NCBI GenBank assembly: GCA_964016885.1
Contig: OZ024743.1
Span: forward strand, 185,194,001-185,258,000
Source: Eledone cirrhosa
Lineage: Eukaryota
Reading direction: 5' to 3'
DNA: 64,000 nucleotides
A program made the translations under genes and the position numbers. Below, one piece after another: positions 1-12,479 of the stretch. Every line of letters begins with the position of its first letter. Position 1 is the first letter of the stretch. Below the pieces are notes generated by a model, which had not been told where the DNA came from, did not search any database, and saw nothing but the letters and a program-made list of their open reading frames with translations.

Positions 1-2
1 AG

Positions 3-227
3 ACCTGGCAACTGAGGGAAAGTAACCATCAATACACCCTGAAGTGGAAAAAATTATCGAACGTGCCCCCATATCGGAGTGGTATGAGAAGCTGCCGATT
101 ATGCGACCTTGAGCTGTTCCACATCTTAAGTTCGAAGAATAAGTTACTCAACAATAAAATCGAGAGATCAATTTATTGTAACCATAGACTCAAAGAGAAG
201 TTTTCGCACTACAAATCGAACCCTTAA
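3..227 (+). mobile_element. C-terminal end of a Penelope-like element ORF (GIY-YIG endonuclease tail, Naiad-like); ORF starts upstream of the window
   Basis: Manual translation from base 3 gives TWQLRESNHQYTLKWKKLSNVPPYRSGMRSCRLCDLELFHILSSKNKLLNNKIERSIYCNHRLKEKF. This fits the W.L....Y...W...Y....C.LC..E....LLN...E....C.H pattern of PLE endonuclease C-termini. An HHR and repeated terminal segments follow. Confidence 0.7.
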
Positions 228-468
228 CCTCTTACTACCAACTGACAAACTGCATATACTTAGACTTTATACCCCCTTGATGTATCTAAACCCTTTAATT
301 ACCCACAAAACCAATTCATATATCCCCCTCTTCTCACTAATTCCTCTTCTATTTCTTCGTTTTCTTCCTTCCTTCCCTCCCCTTCTTGGCTATCTTTTCT
401 TTTCTTCTTTCTCACCCCCTTCTTTGCTTTTATTTTTATCATTATTATCTTTATCTTTATTTTTTATA

Positions 469-1869
469 TATACTTTAACTTTAATTATATCTCATAAAAT
501 AATACAACTGGTTTTTCCACATTATACATATTGTTAGCACCCCAAACACTTAAATTGGGTTTATATTTTAATATAACCTAATGTTTGTTGAGTGAGATGG
601 TTACCAGTCAGAGTTTAGCTTTAAACTATCTCTGTTATTGTATTAAATATTTACTCTTGATTGGCCAGAGGTGTTTATTTCCAGGTACCTTATGAATTTG
701 ACTTTCCGTCATAAAATAATACAACTGGTTTTTCCACATTATACATATTGTTAGCACCCCAAACACTTAAATTGGGTTTATATTTTAATATAACCTAATG
801 TTTGTTGAGTGAGATGGTTACCAGTCAGAGTTTAGCTTTAAACTATCTCTGTTATTGTATTAAATATTTACTCTTGATTGGCCAGAGGTGTTTATTTCCT
901 TATGAATTTGACTTTCCGTATTTATTACTGTTGTGAAATATTGTGGCCTTTTTTGGTTGTAACTTCTCTGTTTTTTAGCCTAGGAAAATATATATATATG
1001 CCTACGTATATAATTACATGCATATATGTATTTATTTTCTTTTATTAATTGAGTTCTTTACACGAGGAATTAATATTGGTTTTGAAATAACTAATTAACC
1101 CGCGTGTGTTTTATATTTTACTCTTAATAATTCGGCCGGAGAATTATACTCCTATTTGCCCTTTATAGCATAACTTTCTGCATTTACTGCGGTTATGAGA
1201 AGCGGTTCTTATTCGGGTACAACTTCTGATTTAGCCTAAGAAAATATCTATATGCGTGTGTAATTTATACAAGCATATATTTATTTTTTTATTTTCAATT
1301 GAGTTCTTAAACACGTTGGATTGATAATGTTTTAAAAAAAACTAATTAACCCGCGTGTATATTATTTTTTTTTCCTCATTTCGTGGATCGTGGGTTGTCT
1401 CCCCTTCCCGCTTCGTGTCGCTATGATACTTCCTCAGTCAAAAACTGCTGGAATTTCAAATTTGGCGGTCATTCGAGGTGAGAGAGAGCAACTTTACGGA
1501 CATGATTTTTGACAGCGGTAAGAAATTGTTTTCTTATATCAATGTTTAACGGGCTTCCACTGATGATTTATAAGTGCCCACCTAAATATATTCTTACATG
1601 AATATATATTAGGCTTCTACATAAACTGGAAACATTCTTCCAAACTTGTAGAAAACTTATAATGAAACAATTGTTTGGAAAGAGAGATATACTTTAACTT
1701 TAATTATATCTCATAAAATAATACAACTGGTTTTTCCACATTATACATATTGTTAGCACCCCAAACACTTAAATTGGGTTTATATTTTAATATAACCTAA
1801 TATTTGTTGAGTGAGATGGTTACCAGTCAGAGTTTAGCTTTAAACTATCTCTGTTATTGTATTAAATAT
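469..1869 (+). repeat. PLE 3' region / pseudo-LTR-like direct repeats
   Basis: A ~160-180 bp segment (cataaaataatacaactggtttttccac...ctgttattgtattaaatat) occurs at ~469-650, ~709-867 and ~1687-1869. The last copy follows the HHR and ends in (TA)n. Confidence 0.75.
1555..1680 (+). ncRNA. Type I hammerhead ribozyme with long branched stem II
   Basis: Stem I TTCCA/TGGAA; CTGATGA at 1560-1566; stem II TTATAAG/CTTATAA; GAAA at 1664; stem III AC-AATT-GT; predicted cleavage triplet GUU. Confidence 0.7.
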
Positions 1870-3600
1870 ATATATATATATATATTTATCTCTTTATATC
1901 TCCCCCCTCTCTCTCTCCCTCTCTATCCATCCCTCCCACTATGATCAATTTAATTCTCTTTAATTCACTACATTCCACGACATGAAGTCTGCTATCAAAA
2001 CTGACCAAGGAATCCTTCCACCTCTACCCCTCCCTCCATCTCAGTTTGTCACTCTACTTCCTACCTCTTCCCCCTTCCTCTCTCTCTATACTATTCCGTC
2101 TGTCCCCTCACCTTCTGATTCCTCTCTCTCTATACTAGTAAATACAATTCCAAATAAATGTTTTTCTCTATATATTAAGAATTATTTCAAGAGTAACTTA
2201 CTATTTTGAAAATTTGGACTGTGAACAACAATTATAATTGAGTGGCTGCTATTTGCAGTATAGCAATATAAGGTTGCACTTACCAATGAAACGGTCGTAA
2301 ATACCTGGATAAAATCCTTCTCTTAATGCTTACCTGTGTTTTCTCTTTTATACTTTATACTCCAAGATTGAACGGAATTCTTACAAACTTGTGGAGTTAC
2401 CCCTAACCGTACGTTGAAACCATCCATGAAACTGGCTTTCTTAACCAAAAACTGGATCACAATAAGCAATTTTTTGCTTCTCTAACTATATATATATATA
2501 TATATATATTATTAGTATTATTATTAAAATTAACTACCATTTATTCTGCGACAGAGAGCTTCATCTTCTCCATCATTCGCTCCTCCAGAATCGTAGTACT
2601 AGTCGTTATTGTATGTGTGTATTTCTGCGTATATATATGTGGTGTGTATGTGTTTGTGTGTATATGTATATATGTTTGCGATCGCCACTCTCGCCCTTCG
2701 TGAGGAGAATGCTGTGTACGTATGTATATATATATATATATATGTGTGTATGTGTGTGCTTAGAATATTTACCAATGGTTGGTATATCGATGAACCTCTG
2801 ATAGGCTTATACAGAATTAATGGATCTCGTATCGGTTCCTTTCATTCGATCACCAAGAACTATCCACACATTTGAATTTATAATGTAAATGGTTAAATGT
2901 TTCACAAACACTTGTACTCCCTTACTTTAACATACCCCTCCTCCATATACACATACTATGTGGGCACTCAGTTTGCTAGAAATAACAGCTAATTCTTTCC
3001 ACCCACCTTAAAAAAAATATTAAGAAAGAACACGATGTCCGATAATGTTCGTATTAGATACACCTAAAACGACGGGATGGTCGTGGCTGGAATACCGTTG
3101 ATCATAATGGAATTATGTGGTTTAGTCAAGGTTGACCTAGGGCTAAACAACAACCTTTGCCCCTCAGGTGAAGGGGCCTTACTATCATGGAACGGGAATA
3201 TTGTGATGGGACCCGACTTTTCCCCTCCCCCTCGGTCTAGCCCCGCAGGTACAGTCGAGTCCGCTTAAGAGTATACCCTCGGGAATGGAAAATATTAACC
3301 GAACTATACTCTTACCCGACTAAGTAAAAATATTGCATAGTATTATTATTTTGAGTCTTTCAATGATTAATAATCGCTTTATTATCGTTTAAAATGCAAG
3401 TCAACAAAACTCTCTTGCAACATTGTAGAGTGAATGTAAAATTGTATAAGCTTCAGCTTACAAAATTTTCCATCGATACTGGAAGTGTGAAAAGGATGCT
3501 CAATGCAATAACATCATTTGAGTGATATAAAAAATTTTCCCGATTTTAGAATTATTCCAGCTTATCATTTTTCCGAACATTCACATATTTAGAGGTAATA

Positions 3601-3757
3601 TCACGTGAACACAATCACGTGACAAATCACATTATTCTTTCAAAAGGAAAAGTTTGGCGCCATTTTTCTTTCAAAAGGAATACACGCTGAGGAACCGGGC
3701 TTATTCCATTTCTGTCAACAACTTACTGGCGAAACAGATCTCTTTGGATTTGTACGT
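3601..3757. promoter_or_regulatory. Candidate Pol II promoter motif cluster
   Basis: Two TCACGTGA E-boxes (3601, 3615) and overlapping E2F-like/YY1-like TTTGGCGCCATTTT (3653-3666), with a possible donor GTACGT at 3752. Motif evidence only. Confidence 0.35.
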
Positions 3758-3944
3758 GTGTTATATAGTTATAGAGGTATTTATTTACGCTTTAATTTAT
3801 ATTTTTAATTATCGTGTCTATAGTCTGCCTTTCATAGGTTATAGATTCCATACACTGGTGGTTTTTTCCGTTTTATTGATAGCGCACTATATATCTCTCT
3901 CTAGTGTGTTACCTTTTCAACATATTATATATATATATATGTAA

Positions 3945-4210
3945 AAGTTCTATTTAAATTGTTGAGATACAACAAGCAAATATTTTTATAACTGATATAA
4001 AGCACTCAACAAATAATTGGAGTAAAAATACGATATTAACAAATGGAAACTATATTTATAAAACCATATTTATTTCATTATACATATTTCAAGGACACCA
4101 AGTTAAATTATGGTGTGCTTTCATCAGATAAAATATAATATAGAGCAGTTTTATAAATAAATATTGACATACCCTTAAAGAATGCAACCATTACTGCTGG
4201 AAGCTCCCGG
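3945..4210 (-). mobile_element. PLE-type terminal fragment next to (TA)n; same family as the palindrome at 63621-64000
   Basis: Near-identical to 63621-63771 and to the reverse complement of 63771-64000; contains an HHR. Confidence 0.7.
4071..4135 (-). ncRNA. Type I hammerhead ribozyme
   Basis: Minus strand reads tattttat-CTGATGA-aagcacacca-taatttaact-tggtgtcctt-GAAA-tatgta-TA-atgaaata, giving an 8-bp stem I, a paired stem II and a near-palindromic short stem III. Confidence 0.8.
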
Positions 4211-4287
4211 ATAGTGGAGTTATATCTTTAGTTATACTATTAGGTAAGTTAGTATTGGATATTTTTAAATAAGCCGTTGGGTTACAG

Positions 4288-4316
4288 AGAAAGAGAGAGA
4301 GCAGAATAACAGAGAG

Positions 4317-4385
<69 letters not shown>

Positions 4386-4410
4386 GAGAAAGAGGAAGGA
4401 GAGAGAGTGA
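4288..4410. repeat. (GA)n microsatellite
   Basis: Directly visible. Confidence 0.95.
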
Positions 4411-4844
4411 AAACTCTAAGTCATATCTTGTTGAGTTATCTTAACATTTGAGATGAAATGAATAAATAAAATTAGAAATGTTAATAATCATGAATGGAAG
4501 ATATATGTATAATATGAGAAATTTAACCATTGTTTAAATATGATTAAATGTTTAGTTAATCAGTTAAAATATTGAGATCAATACATTAAAAATTGAGATC
4601 TATATATTAAGAAATCTATATATTATTATTAAGACTATATTATTAAAAATCTATATATTATATAATACATATACACACGCAAAAATTCATACATATAAAT
4701 ATATATACACACGTATAAAAATATAATATACATATGTAACTACGTATATAATATATACATACAAATATAAAGGATTTTTTTATTTAAGATATAGAAATCT
4801 TATCAATGTAATATCAAAGCAGCGTGAAGGAAAATTACGTTATT

Positions 4845-4947
4845 TAGTTATATAAATGTTACAATTGTTAAGATATTAAAGGAAATTTTATGTGTATAAC
4901 ATAAAATTTCCTTTAATATCTTAACAATTGTAACATTTATATAACTA
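4845..4947. repeat. Perfect inverted repeat with 48-bp arms and a 7-nt loop
   Basis: tagttatataaatgttacaattgttaagatattaaaggaaattttatg / tgtataa / exact reverse complement. Confidence 0.9.
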
Positions 4948-5248
4948 TATAACAATAATAATTCTTAGGGGTATAAAAACCCTAGAAAATGCTATTTTTA
5001 TCATTTCTAAAAATAGCAAAACAATTGATGCTTTGAATAGGGCCAAATAGAAGTCGTTAGACATGCCCAACCAACCGTGATGCCTAAACCAATCAGCTTC
5101 AGTAATCCAGTGAAACTACACACCGATTGGTCGAAATACAGTTTGCAAAATTTATCATTCTGTAGCCGCTTTTCACTGTATATAAGGCACAAAATTTACC
5201 CATCTCATTACAGTTGAAAATTGTAAACTTGACTGTCACCACAGAATA

Positions 5249-5287
5249 TGAACCTGAAGATTGCGAAAGCATGAAATTACTTGTTCA
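5249..5287 (+). ncRNA. Minimal type I hammerhead ribozyme
   Basis: tgaac-CTGAAGA-t-tgc-gaaa-gca-t-GAAA-ttac-TT-gttca: 5-bp stem I, GNRA-capped stem II, vestigial stem III. Confidence 0.7.
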
Positions 5288-5729
5288 ATTAACACTTAAC
5301 ACTTAATATTCTACCATACTATTTCATTCTAATACCATTATAATTTTAAAGGATTGTAAATAAAACGAGTAAATCAGACAAAGTTGGAATTCCTTTTATT
5401 AATATAATCTTCTATACACAATCATACACACCCGTGTATATTTATTTATATATATATGTATATATATATATATATAGCTTTTAAACTATTTTGTAGTATC
5501 TCTGTTCAGGAACACACCACGTATATTAAATTTATCTCCCTGGAGCTTTGTAAAAGTCTGAGAGATTGTCTATATATATGTTTTATATATATATATTTTT
5601 TTTTGTTTAGATGGAAGACAAAACAAAGAAGAGGAATACAAAGATGAAGAAGAGAAAGATAAAGATGAAGAACCTCACTGCACAACACGACACTGCACCG
5701 CACCACAGTACTCCACACCACATAACACC

Positions 5730-6776
5730 CAACATTTTTTCCTCATCTTTTTTTCATGTGTTATCAACTAATCCGAACTCCAAGATGTTTGTTATTGACT
5801 CTCTCTTCATGGAAAACTTAGGTGGATGCACTTCTCTCATTTAACCCCAGAGTTTTCTCTAAGATTTTTCGTATGTCATCAACGAATATGACCTCCAAAC
5901 CAGTTGGAAATGATTAGTTGTTCTAGGAAAAAGGAGGGGCAAAGCAGGTGGAAAAACCATTGTCGTTTTGTAGATATATACCCTAATGATTTTTCTTCGG
6001 TCTCCTTTTGAGTGCTATCAACTAATCTGACCTTTTAGTTGCTCTGAATCAATTTTTTTTTTCTGGGATTTGGAAACTAAAACTAAATTAAACATAAAAT
6101 TAAATCTAGCCCCAACCCTAAACTCTAAATCTAAACCAAACCAAGCTAAATCTAAATATAAACATTACCCCAACCCTTAAACTAAACCCTAAACTATACC
6201 CCAACCATAAAACTAAACCCTAAACATTACCCCAACCATAAAACTAAACTCTAAACTTTACCCCAAACCTAAAACTAAACCCTAAACTTTACCCCAACCC
6301 TAAAACTAGACCCTAAACATTACTCCAACCCTAAAACTAAACCCTAAACTTTACCCCAACCCTAAAACTAAACCCTAAACCCTAAACCTAACCCAGGGAA
6401 ATAAGTTGATTGGAAGCATCTAGGAGGTCAGATTAATTAATAGCACAGGAAATAGCATAGGAAATTAATAGCACAGGAAATATACCGAAAATGATTAAGT
6501 CCCACAACATGTGAGTGGGGTGTAGATCTGCAAAACTCTTCCCCTCTCCCTCTCCTCTTTCGCCAAAGCTAGTTGTTTTTGACTGGTTTGGAAGTCATAT
6601 TCACTGATAACGCATGAAAATAGAATCAAAGAGAAAATTCTGAGTAAGCAGGGGTTATCCGGGTGAAGGGGGAACGACCTCACCCCGCCGTTTTCCAGGG
6701 GGGAAAAAGTCAGTTTCAAGCATCTTGGAGATTGGATTAGTTGATAGCACATGAAAAATAGGATGAAAAAATTTCA
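5730..6776. mobile_element. Foldback-like element: ~330-bp imperfect inverted arms around a telomere-like (AACCCT-variant) array
   Basis: 5730-6066 is an imperfect reverse complement of 6391-6776 (e.g. catgtgttatcaactaatcc / ggattagttgatagcacatg; gaatatgacctccaaaccagt / actggtttggaagtcatattc). The centre (6075-6390) has ~30-bp units like ccaaccctaaaactaaaccctaaactttac. Confidence 0.7.
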
Positions 6777-7095
6777 CATCACATCACACCACATCAAATC
6801 ACTCCGCACGCCATCACATCACACCACACCCCATCTTACCACACCACACCACACCACATCAGACCACATCACATTTCACCACGCCTCGCCACATCACATC
6901 ACATGCCATCACACCACATGCTTCCACACTACATCCCACCACACTCCACTACACCATATCCCCCACCCTACATTGAACCACACTCCACGACACCACATCA
7001 CTGTCCACTACACTAAACCACACTCCACTACACCACACCACTGTCCACTACACTAAACCACACTCCACTACACCACACTACACCACACCACTGTC
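6776..7095. repeat. Degenerate (CACAC/CACCA)n pentamer repeat
   Basis: Directly visible. Similar tracts at 5675-5730, 7395-7480 and 8170-8385. Confidence 0.85.
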
Positions 7096-8439
7096 TATTC
7101 GACTGTTATCTATTTCGTAGTATGTCCAGTTACAGTAAGAGAAAGAAAGTTATTTCAAAGGATCTGAGTAAGTAAACACTTCATTGACCATCATTTTAAG
7201 CAGAATCTCAGTGTAGTTTTAAATTGACCTTTTCATATGATTACACCTCAGTCTTAACTTAATCACCTGTAGATGGATGCTACATGTAATGTTAAAATTA
7301 GTTAAACACTGTTTCCCCCTTCTCATCACATGTGGATGCTACATATGTATTGTTAACATTAATCTAACGTTGTATCCCCCCCCCCCCCCGCCTCACCATA
7401 TCACACTATGTTGTATGTACCACACCATATCACACTATGTTGTACCACACCAGACCACATAACACCATGCTATACCATATATATATATGAGCTCCCCACT
7501 CGTTATATTAACTGTATCTCCTCGGTGTTTTGTGAAAGTCTGAGTTTACAATTTTTTTTTTATATTTAGATGGAAAAGAAGAAAAAGACGACGAAGCAGA
7601 CGACTAAAATGAAAATGACAACAAAGACAAAGAAGACACGGGAAACGAAGATGACGAAAAGAAGAAGAAAATATGATCTCAGTTCAGTCTAAACCTAATG
7701 ATTTATAGATATGATCTTAGTTCAGTCTTAACATAATGACCTGTAGATACGATCTATTTAGGTTTAACTTAAACATTCAAAGATATTTGTATATACTTTT
7801 GTTGATGTTTGACATTGTTTTTTAGTTATGAAAGCTTATAAGCTACATTATAGGATCACAGTGCATGAGCACACTGCTCTTTAAATTAACTTTATCTCCT
7901 CAGCACTTTGTAAAGTCTGAGAGATAGGCAACATATATGTTTTACATTCTTTGTTTTTGGTATTTAGATGGCAGAGGAGAAGATAAAGGCAGAGGAGAAG
8001 TCAAAGGCACAGAAGAAGTCAAAGGCACAGAAGAAGTTAAAGGCACAGAAGAAGTCAAAGGCACAGAAGAAGTCAAAGGCACAGAAGAAGACAAGGAAAA
8101 TGAACAAGAAGAACAATTATTATTACTATTACTATTATTATTGTTATTATTATTTGTATTATTATAATCAAACTAAGCCACACTACATCAACCTATACCA
8201 TACCATGCCACACCACACTGACAAACATTATACCATACCACATTATCCAACACCACACTACGAAACACTGCACGACCTCACATCAGACCATGCTATGAAA
8301 CAATATACCATACTACACTATACAACAATAGACAACACCACACAAGACTATGAAACACTATACTTTACCACACTATATCACACCACTCGAGTTAGAGAGG
8401 ATCAACTTTTTTCCTGGAAAGTAGAAAACCTAACTTTAA

Positions 8440-11400
8440 GCTAAAACCGAACTTTAAAAATAACACTTACCCTAACACTTGCACTCACACATGCTCTAAC
8501 ATTTGCACTCACACATGCTCTAACAGTGAACTTAGCGCTAACATGAAAACTAACACAAACACAAAATCTGAAAACTAACACAAACACTAACCTGAACACT
8601 AACACTAAAACTGACACTAACACTAACCTGAACACCAGCACTAAAACTAACACTACCGTAAACACTAATACAAACACTAACACTAACCTGAACACTTACA
8701 CTAAAACTAACATTAGCACAAACATTAGCCTGAACATTAGCACTAAAACTAACACTATCATAAACACTAACACTAAAAGTAACACTAACACAAACACTAA
8801 TCTGAAAACTGATACTAACCAGAAAATTAAGCATACATTAAATTCAACACTAAAACAAACACTAACGCTAACAGAGATACTAACACAAATATTAACACAA
8901 AAACAAACACTAACACAATCTCTAACACTAACCTCAACACTAACACTAAAATTAACTTGAACACTAACTCTAACCTGAAAACTAAGCTAACATTAACCTG
9001 AACACTAACATAAACACTAATGCTAACACTAACAGAAATACTAATGCTAACATTAACGCTAACCTTAACACAAAAACAAAGACTAACGCTAACACAATCA
9101 TTAACACTAATGGAAACATCAAACACTAATGCTAACAGAGATACTAACACAAATATTAACACAAAAACAAATACTAACACTAACACAATCTCTAACACTA
9201 ACCTTAACACTAAAACTAACACTAACATTAACTTGAACACTAACACTAACCTGAACACTTACACTAAAACTAACACTAACAGAGATACTAACACAAATAT
9301 TAACACAAAAACAAACACTAACACAATCTCTAACACTAAAACTAACATTAACTTGAACACTAACACTAACCTGAAAACTAAGCTAACATTAACCTGAACA
9401 CTAACACAAACACTCATGCTAACACTAACAGAAATACTAATGCTAATATTAACACAAAAACAAAGACTAACGCTAACACAATCACTAACACTAATGGAAA
9501 CATCAATCACTAATGCTAACAGAGATACTAACACAAATATTAACACAAAAACAAACACTGACACAATCTCTAACACTAACCTTAACACTAAAACTAACAT
9601 TAACACTAACATAACTTGAACACTAACACTAACCTGAACACTTACACTAAAACTAACATTAACCTAAACACTAGCACTAAAACTAACACTACCATAAACA
9701 GTAACACAAACACTAACACTGATCTGAGCACTAACAGTAACACTAACACTACCATAAAAACTAACACTAAAAAAACCACTAACATTAACCTGAACACTAA
9801 CACTAAAACTAACACGAAAACTGATACTAACCAGAAAACTAAGCTAACATTAACCTCAACACTAAAACAAACACTAACAGAAAAACAAAGACTAGCACTA
9901 ATACTAATGGAAACACTAACACAAACATTAACACAAAATAAAACACTAACACTAATGAAAAAAATAACACTAACACTAAAACTAACACTACCGTAAACAC
10001 TAACACTAACCTGAACACTAACACTGACTTTAACACGAACATTAACCTGAACACTAACACAAACACTAACACTAACCTGAACACTAACACTAACAAAAAT
10101 GCTAACACTAATATAAAATCAAACACTAATGGAAACACTAACACCAACGCTGACACTGATGAAGATGGCTATGCTGGTACAAACGCTAGCGCAAATGTTG
10201 ACACAATCGCTTACGGTGACACAAACACTAACATGAATACTGATGCAAGTGCAAAGGCGAATGCTGACAAAGACTCTGATGCACACACTGATGTAAATGC
10301 TACACAGACTCTAACGCTGACGTGGACACTGACACAGATGCTCATGCTGATATAAAAAAAAGCAAATGCAGACACTAATGCAAACACAGACGCAAATGTT
10401 GATGCAGATGTTAAAGCAAACGCAAATGCTGACGCAAACGATGACACCGATGCTAATGTGAACCTTAACGCAGACGTAAACATTGACGTAGAAGCTAAAG
10501 GAAACACTGATGCAAACACTAATGAAAATGCTGATGCAGACGCTGACACAGACGCTAACACGCGTTAACACAGATGCTAACGTAAACACTGACGCAGATG
10601 CTAATATAAACACTAACGCTGACACAGATGCTAACACACGTTGACACAGACGCTAACGTAAACGATGACGCAGATGCTAATGCAAACGATGACGTAGAAG
10701 CTAACGTAAACGCTGACACAGACGCAAATGTAAACGCTGATGTAGATGTAAATACAGACACTGACACAGACGCTGACGTAGAAGCTAATACAAACGCTGA
10801 CACAGACACTAATGTAAGCGCTGACGTAGAAGCTAATGTAGATGCTGACGTAGAAGCTAACGTAAACGATGACGTAGATGTTAACATAGACGCTGACGTA
10901 GAAGCTAACGTAGATGCTGATGTAGAAGCTAACGTAAACACTGACGTAGAAGCTAACAAAACGCTGATGTAGTTGTTACGTAGAAGCAGGCGTAGAAGTT
11001 AGCGTTTACCCTATAGCGAAGATACTGGGTTGTATGAATGTAACAAGGAGACATCGTTTGTGTGTATAATATTTAATTAACAATCTAACAGTATAGTTGA
11101 CATGTCAATGAAATAGATGAAAGAATGAAGCAAAGTTAGTAGTTACCGTTTTGATTGCCAGGCAAACGCAGGCTGGCAGAAGACGCCTGGCGAAGGCCAG
11201 GCGCCGGAAGGGCAAATGAGAGAGTGAGAACTTAAAGTTGTTAGTTTTATAGGGTTCTGACCGGAAGTTACAGAAAGGGTTCTACTTCCCGTCTAGATGT
11301 TGTTAATCTATTGGGGTTGTGAGTCACAACAAGGGAGGCCACTGCTACAACCCTTACCGCCGAAGCTGATCTCCAAAACGCAATTGCTGAAGCCAAAGCC

Positions 11401-12400
11401 AAGCTAACGCTGACGCAAATGTTGAGGCAGTATTGCCGGCGCCGACGTGTATGCTGACGCTAACGCAAATGCTGATGCGGACGCTAGGGCTAAGGCTAAC
11501 GCTAACGCTGACGCAAATGCTGAAGTTAACACTTACATGGGATATGCAGACGCTGCATTGATGCGGACGCCACAGGAAAGGTTAATGGAAACGCCAATGC
11601 TAACGGAAAACGTTGACGTAGACGTTTCGGAAACGCTGACGTAGAAGCGAACGTAAACGTTGACACAGGCTCTAACGTAAACACTGACGTTAACTGAAAC
11701 GCTGACGCTGATGTAGATGAAAATACTGACGCTGACACAGACGCAGTCGGAAACGCTGACGTAGAAGCTAACGGAAACACTGACACAGAAGCTAACGTAC
11801 ACGCTGACACAGACGCTAACGGAAATGCTGACAAAGACGTTAAAGGAAACGCTGTCGCAAGCGCTAATGCTAATATGAATGCTGATGCAGATGCTGACGC
11901 AAATGCTAACACCTACACAAATGCAAACGCTGACGCTAACACTGACTCAAACACTAATGCAAATGCTGACGTGCATGCTGATGCAAACGTTGACACTGAC
12001 ACAAGTGCTGACACGGACGCTAATGATAATGCTGACTCAGAAGCTGACGTAGACGCAGGCACTGAAACAAACACTAATGTTGACTCAGACGCTAAGGGAA
12101 ATGCTGACACAATCACTATCACCAGTGCAGACGCTGATGCAAATGCTGACATAGATGCTGACACTTACGCAAACACTAACGCAGATGCTAACACCAGTAA
12201 ACACTAATACAAAAGCTTACATAGACGCTTATGCAAATGCTAACGCTGATGCAGACAGTAACGCAAACAGTAACTGTAAGAGTAACAGTTACAGTAACAC
12301 TAACAGTGACAGTAATCCTAACAGTAACAGTCACTAACAATAAACTTACCATTAACAGTAAAACTTACCCTAACACTAACCCTAAATCTAACATTAACCC
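8440..12400. repeat. ~4-kb degenerate hexamer array, (ACACTA)n grading into (ACGCTG/ATGCTA)n
   Basis: 6-bp periodicity throughout, which explains the TN-, LV- and DA-rich ORFs on both strands. Confidence 0.9.
11012..11349 (-). mobile_element. Solo LTR (Gypsy-like) inserted in the hexamer array
   Basis: 338-bp non-periodic insert with termini TATAGC...GCTACA (TG..CA with one change) and a 4-bp TSD ACCC (11008-11011, 11350-11353). TATAAAA and ATTAAA occur in order on the minus strand. Confidence 0.7.
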
Positions 12401-12479
12401 AGAGAAAAAAGTTATTTGCAATCACATTTAAGGTCACTCTTTAAGATATAGAAGATAGGCATTACATTTTAATGATTTT

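Noticed and set aside
1421-1470. SECIS-like ATGA...AAAA hairpin downstream of the Naiad-like ORF
   Set aside because: There is no GA on the 3' side to complete the non-Watson-Crick quartet.
6075-6390. True telomere or interstitial (TTAGGG)n tract
   Set aside because: It is a degenerate 30-bp higher-order unit enclosed by inverted arms, not a pure telomeric repeat.
7968-8444. Histone H1-like lysine-rich protein (KKSKAQ repeats)
   Set aside because: It is an 18-bp tandem repeat running into (TAT)n and CACAC microsatellites, with no globular domain.
8441-12431. Many 80-140 aa ORFs rich in TN, LV, SV or DA dipeptides
   Set aside because: They are by-products of the hexamer array: open on both strands in several frames and broken by stops.
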